This document shows, piece after piece, positions 9,686 through 17,818 of a DNA stretch of 32,000 bases (position 1 is its first letter; the number at the start of each line of letters is the position of its first letter). The position numbers and the translations under genes were made by a program. The stretch is taken from NCBI RefSeq assembly GCF_018336915.1, contig NZ_CP064923.1, forward strand, positions 270,001 to 302,000, given 5' to 3'. The notes under the pieces are model-generated. The model was not told where the DNA came from, searched no databases, and saw only the letters and a program-made list of their open reading frames with translations. Origin of the DNA: Acaryochloris marina S15 (GTDB taxonomy: Bacteria; Cyanobacteriota; Cyanobacteriia; Thermosynechococcales; Thermosynechococcaceae).

Positions 9686-10750
9686 ATGGCCACTGATAAT
9701 CCCACTAACTCTGAGAAAGACAAAGCCCTAGGCGTTGTGCTGAATCAAATCGAGCGCACCTTTGGTAAGGGATCGATCATGCGCCTGGGAGATGCCGCCC
9801 AGATGAAAGTGGAGACGATTTCTAGTGGTGCCTTAACCCTTGATTTAGCTTTAGGCGGCGGCCTGCCCAAAGGCCGGGTGATTGAGATTTATGGCCCTGA
9901 AAGTTCCGGTAAAACGACCTTGGCTTTGCATGCGATCGCAGAAGTGCAGCGATCCGGCGGTATTGCCGCGTTCGTCGATGCTGAGCATGCCCTTGATCCC
10001 ACCTATGCCTCAGCTCTTGGGGTAGATACAGAGAACTTACTCGTCGCCCAACCTGATACTGGAGAATCTGCTTTAGAAATTGTCGATCAGCTGGTTCGCT
10101 CTACAGCAGTGGATATTGTCGTCATTGACTCTGTAGCGGCCCTAGTTCCCCGAGCTGAAATTGAGGGGGATATGGGCGATTCCCACATGGGACTGCAGGC
10201 CCGCCTGATGAGCCAGGCCCTACGAAAAATTACCGGCAACATTGGTCGTACTGGTTGTACAGTGGTATTTCTCAACCAGCTTCGCCAAAAAATTGGTGTC
10301 ACCTATGGCAACCCTGAAGTCACCACGGGGGGTAATGCCCTTAAGTTCTATGCTTCCGTACGTCTAGATATTCGCCGCATCCAGACCTTGAAAAAAGGAA
10401 CAGAAGAGTTTGGGATTCGAGCCAAGGTCAAAGTGGTTAAAAATAAGGTGGCTCCTCCTTTTCGGATTGGAGAGTTTGACATTATTTTTGGTCAAGGCAT
10501 TTCTACCCTCGGTTGCCTATTAGATATGGCTGAAGAAACTGAGATCCTGATTCGCAAAGGGGCTTGGTATAGCTATAACGGCGAAAATATTGGCCAAGGT
10601 CGAGACAATACCGTTCGTTATATGCAAGATAATCCCGAGTTCACAGAATCTCTAACTCAGCAGGTGAGAGCCAAGCTAGATACGGGAGCGGAAGTCTCGG
10701 CTAATACCGTCGCTTCCACGAAAAAAGGAAAAAAAGCGAAATCCGAGTAG
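9686..10750 (+). CDS. recA: recombinase RecA
   Basis: The sequence is RecA-like throughout: '[24 protein letters not shown]', Walker A '[12 protein letters not shown]', '[10 protein letters not shown]', '[37 protein letters not shown]' and '[37 protein letters not shown]'. The start is set at the ATG giving MATDNPTN. Confidence 0.97.
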   Translation: MATDNPTNSEKDKALGVVLNQIERTFGKGSIMRLGDAAQMKVETISSGALTLDLALGGGLPKGRVIEIYGPESSGKTTLALHAIAEVQRSGGIAAFVDAEHALDPTYASALGVDTENLLVAQPDTGESALEIVDQLVRSTAVDIVVIDSVAALVPRAEIEGDMGDSHMGLQARLMSQALRKITGNIGRTGCTVVFLNQLRQKIGVTYGNPEVTTGGNALKFYASVRLDIRRIQTLKKGTEEFGIRAKVKVVKNKVAPPFRIGEFDIIFGQGISTLGCLLDMAEETEILIRKGAWYSYNGENIGQGRDNTVRYMQDNPEFTESLTQQVRAKLDTGAEVSANTVASTKKGKKAKSE

Positions 10751-10793
10751 GCCAGGTTCTATCTATTCCCGGCAACGCTTTGACTTTCTGACA

Positions 10794-12347
10794 TTATCCG
10801 TCAATCTTCTGTGCGCCCGGCTGACCATTCTTGATTTGAAAGGACGCCAATGTGCGCACGGGTGCTCCTGGCTTTTCCACCTGATCCACCACTCGCAACT
10901 GGGTGGTCCACTGTTCGGGGGTTACCTCACACACTACATAGCCTCGATACCGGCTCTCAAAGAACTTAATGTGGGGGTTCACTTTTAAGGCCAAGGTAAA
11001 TAAGTCAGGGTTGGGGCCACGGGAGCTGATCGACGTGCCCACAATCTCCGTTGCAACCACGGGGGATTGCGAATCTTGAAAATCTGATTTCAAGTCGGTG
11101 ACCCAAAATGAGTGGATATCGCCACCAATGACCACAGGGTTCTTGGGTTGATATTGGGTGATGCCCTTGAAGATGCGATCGCGGGTGGCAGCATAGCCAT
11201 CCCAGCCATCGGTCCAGTGCCCAGCCAGTGGGCCTATCCCTTGGTTCAATTCAGCCATCAACATTTGCTGAGCAATGACTGTCCAACCCGTAGACGAATT
11301 TTTTAACCCATCCAACAGCCAGTCTTCTTGCTCAAATCCTAATAATGAGCGCTTTGGATCCAAGCGCTCGGCACAATTGAAAACGACCTGCCCCCCTCCT
11401 TTCCCGTTCTGATCACAGGCTTGATCATCACGATATTGGCGAGTGTCTAGGCAGTGGAATTCAGCTAAATCACCAAAGCGAAAGCGTCGATAGAGCTGTA
11501 AGTGATCACCTTGGGGTTGGGCGGTGGGGCGTAAGGGTAGATGTTCATAATAAGCTTGATATGCTGCTTGCCGACGACGTCGAAAAACAGCTGGATCTGC
11601 AAAGTCCTGAGACTCATTATTGGCATAATCATTTTCAACTTCATGATCATCCCAAATGCAGATAAAAGGGAATGCTGCATGGGCCGCTTGTAAGTGCGGA
11701 TCACTTTTGTACAGGGCATAGCGCCAACGATAGCTCTTGAGATCGACTGGATTGGGACCGACATGTTGGCGGGGACGACCAGATCGTGACTTCCCTTCAT
11801 AGATGTAGTCCCCCAAATGCAGCACTAAATCCAACTCCTCTTGGGCCAAGTGCTGATAGGCCGTGTAATGGCCATATTCATAGTGCTGACAAGAAACGTA
11901 GGCAAACTTGAGTTGTTTGGCCTGAGACTCTAGGGCTGGCATGGTACGGGTCCGACCAATGGGACTGATTTCATCTCCTGCTTGGAACTGATACCAATAC
12001 CACTGACCTGGAGATAAATTCTCCACCACCACATGCACCGAATGCCCCCACTGTGGAACGGCTTGGACGGTTCCCTGTTGAATGACCTGTGTCATCTGGG
12101 CATCCGTCGCAATTTTCCATTGAACGGGAATTGCAACGGCAGGTATGGGTTGCCCAGATAACGGATTGGGGGCTAGCCGAGTCCATAACACGACACTATT
12201 CGACTCTGGGTCACCCGAAGCCACCCCTAAGCTAAAGGGATAAGCAGAAAACTTGGGCTGTGCTAGCAGAGGCAGCCGTTGGTCAGACCAGAGGACCCAT
12301 CCCATGGCACCACCAGCAGTCAACAAAAATTGCCTACGGTTGAACAT
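10794..12347 (-). CDS. phoD: Tat-exported alkaline phosphatase D family protein
   Basis: The start is set at the ATG giving 'MFNRRQFLLTAGGAMG', a twin-arginine signal. 'FSLGVASGDP', 'YVSCQHYEYGHY', 'LHLGDYIYE', 'WDDHEVENDY' and 'GGDIHSFW' match the PhoD metallophosphatase blocks. Confidence 0.85.
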   Translation of the reverse strand: MFNRRQFLLTAGGAMGWVLWSDQRLPLLAQPKFSAYPFSLGVASGDPESNSVVLWTRLAPNPLSGQPIPAVAIPVQWKIATDAQMTQVIQQGTVQAVPQWGHSVHVVVENLSPGQWYWYQFQAGDEISPIGRTRTMPALESQAKQLKFAYVSCQHYEYGHYTAYQHLAQEELDLVLHLGDYIYEGKSRSGRPRQHVGPNPVDLKSYRWRYALYKSDPHLQAAHAAFPFICIWDDHEVENDYANNESQDFADPAVFRRRRQAAYQAYYEHLPLRPTAQPQGDHLQLYRRFRFGDLAEFHCLDTRQYRDDQACDQNGKGGGQVVFNCAERLDPKRSLLGFEQEDWLLDGLKNSSTGWTVIAQQMLMAELNQGIGPLAGHWTDGWDGYAATRDRIFKGITQYQPKNPVVIGGDIHSFWVTDLKSDFQDSQSPVVATEIVGTSISSRGPNPDLFTLALKVNPHIKFFESRYRGYVVCEVTPEQWTTQLRVVDQVEKPGAPVRTLASFQIKNGQPGAQKIDG

Positions 12348-12446
12348 GCTTACGTCTCTAAAAGTGTAAAATTTGGCTATCAATACTTTGATGCAAATTT
12401 GAGGCTGAGGTTGCTTGGATTGAAGTTGTCGCCTGTAATGCAATCA

Positions 12447-12689
12447 CTATTCTGATGGAGATTCATCTTGATAGATCGGCAATTGATGTTGCATCAGGAA
12501 ACCCTCCCCAAGGCTAGCCGCTTCGGATCCAGAGTTGTTTAACTTCAATAGGTTGAGGTGGCCAAAGGGTGGAGCTGAAACAAGGTGGTGAGAGATATCC
12601 AGTACGCTGATGGTTCGGATTCTAGCTGTATTGAAGTCAGTATCAATTTCTGCATCAGAGAGAATCATGACATTACGGCGTATACCCAT
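12447..12689 (-). CDS. hypothetical small protein (doubtful)
   Basis: 80-aa ORF immediately upstream of phoD on the same strand. It has no recognisable motif or clear ribosome-binding site. Confidence 0.2.
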   Translation of the reverse strand: MGIRRNVMILSDAEIDTDFNTARIRTISVLDISHHLVSAPPFGHLNLLKLNNSGSEAASLGEGFLMQHQLPIYQDESPSE

Positions 12690-12938
12690 TGCAATTCAGT
12701 TAGATAGCGTCTGTCCTGCACGAAAAATTGGGCGATGTCTGCGTTCCTGTACATCGTGAAAGATAGCCTTGATCGTGATTTCCAGAATTCATAACTAAAC
12801 GTTATGACAACCTAAACACGAATTAATATTCCGAATCGAACGTTCTCAATTATGATCAAAGGAGTTACTGTTCTTAATCAAATCTTTAGATCACCCCTTT
12901 AAGAAACATTTTTATACCGTTGTCTAGGGAGTCAACTC

Positions 12939-13298
12939 ATGGCTACATCCGAGAAAAAACCTGCAGAAGGTGCAATTGAACTCTATCAAACCCCTCCTCT
13001 ACCCCAAAATCGTCCGATTGCAGCAAGAACATTAGAAGTGGTAGATACCTCAAGCTTGCCTGGCAACCGTCCCATCACTGCGGTCCATCTAGAAGTGGTC
13101 GATACTGACACCTTGCCCAACCATCGTCCCATTATCCGTTCTGGGTTAGATATTGTGGATGAAGAAAGTCTTGTCGGTCATCGCCCTATTGTGAATATGG
13201 GTTTACCCTTGGTTCCCTCCCCTAATCTCCCCAATAATCGTCCCGTCGCAACTGAACCCATCTACGATCCAGCTGATTTGATGGGCTATATCGACTAA
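12939..13298 (+). CDS. repeat protein: five tandem 19-aa 'LPxN/HRPI-x4-LEVVD' units
   Basis: 119 aa. The repeats are LPQNRPIAARTLEVVDTSS / LPGNRPITAVHLEVVDTDT / LPNHRPIIRSGLDIVDEES / LVGHRPIVNMGLPLVPSPN / LPNNRPVATEPIYD..., a 57-nt period spanning 12999-13295. Conservation at the amino-acid level with diverged codons argues for a real, selected coding sequence. Confidence 0.6.
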   Translation: MATSEKKPAEGAIELYQTPPLPQNRPIAARTLEVVDTSSLPGNRPITAVHLEVVDTDTLPNHRPIIRSGLDIVDEESLVGHRPIVNMGLPLVPSPNLPNNRPVATEPIYDPADLMGYID

Positions 13299-13471
13299 TC
13301 GTTCATTAACCTTAATAATGAGTGCAATCGTCTAGGGCAGGGGAGTATTCCTTGTCCTGGTCTGTTCTATACCCTTTTCAAAAAAGACCTGGCAAAATAA
13401 AGTAAGGTGACTTCCGCTTAAACTTTGTCTAAATCAAAGTATTGCCTAAGCCCATCTTTCTGTAATTGAGT

Positions 13472-14464
13472 ATGCCAAACCTCAATGAATGCTATCGCAC
13501 CTTAGAGTTGAGGACTGGCGCGTCTTTAGAAGAGGTCAGTCAAGCCTATAAAGATTTAGTTTTTATCTGGCATCCTGATCGAATTCCTCAAAGCCGCGAG
13601 CGTTTGCAGCAAAAAGCCATCGCTAAGCTTCAAGACCTCAACGAAGCTCGTGACTATCTGCAATCCTATCTACAGCGACGTCAAAATTTGCGTTCAGCCC
13701 GTCGTCCTGCCCAGAAAGCGGCTGCAGCAGGCCAGGCTCGAGCAGCGAGTTCACCTGCGGCTGCAGCAGGCCAGGCCCGAGCAGCGAGTTCACCTGCCCC
13801 TGCAAAAACGACAAGACGCACGGCGCCACCCCGCACATCCCAACCGTCTCAAGAACGCCAATCTCCAGCGGCCAAAAAGTTTCGGCAGCGAACCAAAGCA
13901 ACTCAACCCCCCGCAAGTTCTGTTCCTAAAGCTCCAAAGGCTGCTCCGGCACAGCCTAAGCCTTCTCAACCCCCTGCTGCGACTTCTTCTCCTCCCGATT
14001 CTGCTGCTAAACGAGCCGCCAAACGATGGCGAACAGGCCGAGGTACAGCTCCTGCCAAAACAGCTCCTGCAGCAACCAAGTCTTCCTCTCGCCCCCTCAC
14101 TCCAGACCATAGTGGTGTTGATTGGCAGGGTGCTGATTTACAAGAACGGGATTTTTCGGGACGGAATTTGAGTCAGGCCAATTTAGCGAATACCAATCTC
14201 AAGGATGCTTTTCTCCATAAGGTGAATTTGTCAGGTGCTAATTTGACGAATGCTAACTTGACCCGAGCGAATCTGCTGCAGGCCAATCTCACCCAGGCAA
14301 ACTTGCGAGGTGCGAATCTAACGGGGGCGGATTTGAGTGGTGCTGATCTGCGAGGCGCAGATTTTACAGGGGCCAGTATGGGTATTGGCAAAAAGGTGAT
14401 GGTAAAGCTAACGGGTGCTCGTCTATCTGGAGCGATTATGCCCAACGGTACAATCCATACCTAG
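13472..14464 (+). CDS. J-domain protein fused to a Pro/Ala-rich linker and C-terminal pentapeptide repeats
   Basis: 'YRTLELRTGASLEEVSQAYKDLVFIWHPDRIP' is a J domain with the HPD tripeptide. The central ~140 aa are low-complexity and rich in A, P, S and K. The C-terminus 'ANLANTNLKDAFLHKVNLSGANLTNANLTRANLLQANLTQANLRGANLTGADLSGADLRGADFTGA' is a canonical A(D/N)LxX pentapeptide repeat array. I chose the ATG at 13472; the track uses a TTG at 13466. Confidence 0.8.
   Translation: MPNLNECYRTLELRTGASLEEVSQAYKDLVFIWHPDRIPQSRERLQQKAIAKLQDLNEARDYLQSYLQRRQNLRSARRPAQKAAAAGQARAASSPAAAAGQARAASSPAPAKTTRRTAPPRTSQPSQERQSPAAKKFRQRTKATQPPASSVPKAPKAAPAQPKPSQPPAATSSPPDSAAKRAAKRWRTGRGTAPAKTAPAATKSSSRPLTPDHSGVDWQGADLQERDFSGRNLSQANLANTNLKDAFLHKVNLSGANLTNANLTRANLLQANLTQANLRGANLTGADLSGADLRGADFTGASMGIGKKVMVKLTGARLSGAIMPNGTIHT
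13718..13795. repeat. 2 x 39-bp tandem direct repeat inside the J-domain protein linker
   Basis: GCGGCTGCAGCAGGCCAGGCTCGAGCAGCGAGTTCACCT (13718-13756) is followed at once by the same 39-mer with one T-to-C change (13757-13795). It encodes AAAAGQARAASSP twice, in frame. Confidence 0.9.
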
Positions 14465-14824
14465 ACTGGTTTGGTGGTGAAGATTTAGAAGGTGAGACAC
14501 TTTAGAGCAAGGCTTCTATTCTCAATTCTGTCGACCATTGTCGTCATGACACCACGATCCAAGGCAAATTAGTCACAATAAATGAAGTGCTCTTAAGGGA
14601 CATGCTGGATGAGACTGTTCCCTGGTAGTTGTGGAAAACGGTCATTCAACTATCGGAATAGAGCATAGAGTTGAGGGAATCGCCGATATTCTCAGCGCCT
14701 GTTCGCTGACATCATTCAGCATGGTTGAGTATGAAAGGATGATTGGTCTTCATCTACGCATTCTATCTGCTTGGCCCAGCATGGAGTTCAACACTACAAT
14801 CCACACATTTTAGGTATCAATACA

Positions 14825-15769
14825 ATGGCGTTTGATTTGGAAAATATCCCTTCTCAGCAAGGCAAAGTTGCCATTGTGACTGGGGCCAACACGGGCTTGG
14901 GCTATGAAACGGTGAGTTATCTAGCTCGAAAGAAGTGCAAGGTGATTATGGCTTGCCGTAACGCTGATAAAGCTGCTCAAGCTAAAGCTGAAATCGAGGC
15001 TAAAGTGCCGGTCGCGGATTTAGAGATTCTCCTGATCGATTTATCTGATTTATCGTCTGTGAGAGCCTTTGCCCAAGCCTTTCGACAGCAATACGACAGA
15101 CTCGACCTTCTCATTAACAATGCTGGCATTATGTGGCCACCCTATTCCCTGACGGTGGATGGGTTTGAGAGCCAGATGGGGACTAACTACTTGGGCCATT
15201 TTCTCCTGACCGCATTGCTGTTGGATCTGATGCCGAATACGCCAGACTCTCGTGTGGTGTCCCTGAGTAGTAATGCTCATCGGCTGGGATCCGGAGAAAT
15301 CAATTTTGGCGATCTGCAATCGGAACAGAACTATTCCAAAACAGGGGCCTATTCCCAGAGCAAGTTGGCCTGTTTGATGTTTGGGAATGAATTACAACGG
15401 CTGTTAGAGCAAGCAGGCAAAAAAATCTTGTCTGTCACTGCTCATCCTGGCGTCTCCAACACGGACTTAGCCAGACATATGCCCCAGTATCAGATTGCAC
15501 TGGTTCAATATACGATTGGTCCGCTGCTCTGTCATGCTCCAGATAAGGCTGCCATGCCGACGGTGATGGCTGCTCTGGCCCCAGATGCCCAAGGAGGAGA
15601 ATATTTTGGTCCTCAAGGGTTTTTGGAAATGAAAGGGAAACCTGGACGAGCAACCCAGTCTGACTATGCTCAAAATCAAGCTGCTGCAGAAAAGCTCTGG
15701 CAGGTCTCCGAACAGTTAACGGAATGTAGGTTTGCAATTGCTAGAGATCAAGAGGTGACCACGCCATAG
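14825..15769 (+). CDS. classical short-chain dehydrogenase/reductase (retinol-dehydrogenase/WWOX-like)
   Basis: The start is at the ATG giving MAFDLENIPSQQGKVAIVTGANTGLGYET (TGxxxGxG). It also has 'LINNAGIM' (NNAG) and 'YSQSKLA' (catalytic YxxxK). Confidence 0.85.
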   Translation: MAFDLENIPSQQGKVAIVTGANTGLGYETVSYLARKKCKVIMACRNADKAAQAKAEIEAKVPVADLEILLIDLSDLSSVRAFAQAFRQQYDRLDLLINNAGIMWPPYSLTVDGFESQMGTNYLGHFLLTALLLDLMPNTPDSRVVSLSSNAHRLGSGEINFGDLQSEQNYSKTGAYSQSKLACLMFGNELQRLLEQAGKKILSVTAHPGVSNTDLARHMPQYQIALVQYTIGPLLCHAPDKAAMPTVMAALAPDAQGGEYFGPQGFLEMKGKPGRATQSDYAQNQAAAEKLWQVSEQLTECRFAIARDQEVTTP

Positions 15770-16815
15770 TCAATCAATTGCTGAAACATATCTGAGAGAG
15801 AAGTAGCAAGGGAACGATAGGTGAGGCCTAACTCGCGAATGCTCTTGCTGTTGTCTACGCCAAAGGGGACGCCGACATTTCTAGCAATGATTTTCCGCGT
15901 CATACTGCTATCCAACAAGGGCCCCACCAGCCAAACGAGTGCTTTGGGCAGAATACTGTTGGGAAATGGATAGGTATCGCCAAAGTGGGCGCGTAGGATG
16001 TCGGCTAGCTTAGGAAAATTTGTGTTGTACCCAGAGGTGATATGGCGACCTTGGGCAGAAGGGGTAAATCCTGCCGCCATATGAGCTTCTGCCACATCCC
16101 GCACATCCACAACGCCAATCTGATAGTCTGGTACGCCCATTTTCATGGTGCCGTCTCCCAGTTGTTTGATCAGGGCAAAAGACTCGGATGTGGCAAAGGG
16201 GTTTATCCCCGGTCCCAAGACGAGGGACGGATTAATGATGACTAAGTCCCAGCGATTTTGAGCCTGGGCAATGTCCCATGCTTCTTTCTCAGCTAAGGTT
16301 TTGGAATAAGAATAGGGCTGGTGGGTAAGGGAAGAGGTGGTATTCCAGTCTGCTTCGGTAAATAGATCGCCCTCGACTTGCTCTAGGTCAGCGCTGTCTC
16401 CATAAATAGCTGCACAACTGCTGGTCACCACTACTCGTTGAACGGAGTTGGTTTGGTTCGCTTGCTCTAAAACATTGCGGGTGCCGAGCTGGGCGGGTTC
16501 AATCAGATCTTTTTGTGGGTCATCGACAGCAATGGTGAAGGGAGAGGCGGTATGAAACACGACTGTACATCCCTCCATGGCTTCAGCGTAGGAACCGAGG
16601 GCTAATAAGTCTGACTGGAAATATTGGAGTTGGCCTGACGTGTTCTCCGCTAAAGCATTGAGATATTTAAGCTTTTCGGTATTGCTAGGATCACGAACGG
16701 CGGCGTGAACGGTAAAGCCTTCTTCGAGTAAACGCTTGACGAGCCATCCGGCGACGTAACCTGTGGCTCCAGTGACGAGCACGGGGGCTGAGGTATCGTA
16801 GGTGGGGTTGGACAT
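15748..16815 (-). CDS. extended-SDR NAD(P)-dependent reductase (aldehyde reductase / cinnamoyl-CoA / dihydroflavonol-reductase-like)
   Basis: 'VLVTGATGYVAGWLVKRLLEEGFTVHAAVRDPSN' is a Rossmann GxxGxxG motif followed by the 'VRDP' signature of the DFR/CCR clade. 'PYSYSKTLAE' supplies YxxxK. Its 3' end overlaps the convergent SDR gene by 22 bp. Confidence 0.85.
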   Translation of the reverse strand: MSNPTYDTSAPVLVTGATGYVAGWLVKRLLEEGFTVHAAVRDPSNTEKLKYLNALAENTSGQLQYFQSDLLALGSYAEAMEGCTVVFHTASPFTIAVDDPQKDLIEPAQLGTRNVLEQANQTNSVQRVVVTSSCAAIYGDSADLEQVEGDLFTEADWNTTSSLTHQPYSYSKTLAEKEAWDIAQAQNRWDLVIINPSLVLGPGINPFATSESFALIKQLGDGTMKMGVPDYQIGVVDVRDVAEAHMAAGFTPSAQGRHITSGYNTNFPKLADILRAHFGDTYPFPNSILPKALVWLVGPLLDSSMTRKIIARNVGVPFGVDNSKSIRELGLTYRSLATSLSDMFQQLIDYGVVTS

Positions 16816-16906
16816 ACTACTTCTCTATTGCTGCAGGATTAAGCGGAACACCGTTATCCCGTAGAGTAGCGCATTCATTGAGCGGGTGCTGTAGCAAGTT
16901 TCTAAG

Positions 16907-16940
16907 GGTGTATAGGGTTGAGATCTCAACCCTATACACC
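16907..16940. promoter_or_regulatory. 34-bp perfect palindrome in a divergent intergenic region
   Basis: GGTGTATAGGGTTGAGA|TCTCAACCCTATACACC has perfect 17+17 dyad symmetry. It lies 92 bp upstream of the reductase start (16815) and 112 bp upstream of the ORF at 17052. Its presence is certain; its function is unknown. Confidence 0.5.
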
Positions 16941-17051
16941 TGCTAGGCAGGATGGGCTTGATAATATGGATTTCACCTGTGAGAAGACTGACCGTGTTGA
17001 AAATCTAGAATCGATCTAACCGCAGCACTTCGAACAAAATGCACTTTTACC

Positions 17052-17441
17052 ATGGCTGAGATCTACATCCTGACATCTGATGGTGTGCCGTTGGCGCAGT
17101 TTGAGAATGAAGAATCAGATATGTGGTATCTCATGGGGAAAATTTCACCCATCCAATCGAGTCTGGTGACTCTAAATGAGATTTTTCAGGCGACCCAGGA
17201 TCTGGATTTCAAAGCTGTGATGTGTGATTGGTCTCAAGGGTATCGGTGTGAGTTGAAGGCTGAAGTCAACATAATTCCATGTGTACTGATGGAATGCAAT
17301 CCACAACAAGCCATTCTCAGAATGCTCACTGCCCGGGATTTGAATTCCTCCCAGAAGCACCTCGATTCCAGCATTTTGGGTTGCCAATATTCATCGTTAC
17401 TCTTGAGGGGATGTTGTTTTCGCGGTTATCAAATACAGTAA
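17052..17441 (+). CDS. hypothetical protein (doubtful)
   Basis: 129-aa ORF with no recognisable motif. Its 3' 45 nt overlap the convergent membrane-protein gene. Confidence 0.25.
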   Translation: MAEIYILTSDGVPLAQFENEESDMWYLMGKISPIQSSLVTLNEIFQATQDLDFKAVMCDWSQGYRCELKAEVNIIPCVLMECNPQQAILRMLTARDLNSSQKHLDSSILGCQYSSLLLRGCCFRGYQIQ

Positions 17442-17693
17442 GGGGCCGAACGAGCCCGTGAACACCGTGACTAATACCCAAGGCCAAGGATTCCGATTAC
17501 TTTTCCTCGCCTCTGGAATGAGCCAGCTCAATACCAGGACCAGAGCGATCCCTAAATCAGTGAAGACTTGCCAACCGGCTGGGCTATAGCGGTGATAATC
17601 TAAAATGCCGAGATAGCCCACCTGGGTCATGGCATACCCTGACAGAAGAGTAAAAGGCATCAGAATGATGAGTGCTATTTGCTTGTTGACCAT
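17397..17693 (-). CDS. small three-helix membrane protein (DUF2834/DUF1475-like)
   Basis: The start is at the ATG giving MVNKQIALIILMPFTLLSGYAM... It has three hydrophobic helices. 'WQVFTDLGIALVLVLSWLIPEARKSNRNPWPWVLVTVFTGSFGPLLYLI' resembles those small membrane-protein families, but the assignment is from memory only. Confidence 0.55.
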   Translation of the reverse strand: MVNKQIALIILMPFTLLSGYAMTQVGYLGILDYHRYSPAGWQVFTDLGIALVLVLSWLIPEARKSNRNPWPWVLVTVFTGSFGPLLYLITAKTTSPQE

Positions 17694-17818
17694 AACAAAC
17701 TCCTTGCATGTGATTTGCATCCATCCTCACCTCTCTTTTGAATGGCAGCAATAACCTCACAGGTCATTGAATTCATGATGGGTCTTGGTTGAGAATAGAG
17801 GGCAGAGTGGAGAAATGT

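Noticed and set aside
9343-9723. 126-aa minus-strand ORF spanning the methyltransferase 3' end and the recA 5' end
   Set aside because: It is antisense to two well-supported genes and has no motif. Accepting it would mean ignoring the recA start region.
13638-14445. Four overlapping ORFs (13638-13916 -, 13650-14171 +, 13790-14110 -, 14173-14445 -) across the J-domain/pentapeptide gene
   Set aside because: They arise from the low-complexity Ala/Pro-rich linker and the 15-nt periodic pentapeptide region, which stay open in several frames. Only the frame that gives an intact J-domain plus A(D/N)LxX repeats makes biological sense.
14631-14813. 60-aa ORF upstream of, and overlapping, the extended SDR ORF
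   Set aside because: It has no ATG start and no motif. It is out of frame with the SDR reading frame, and its 3' end overlaps the 5' extension of that ORF (track start 14771). The SDR is better explained by the ATG at 14825.
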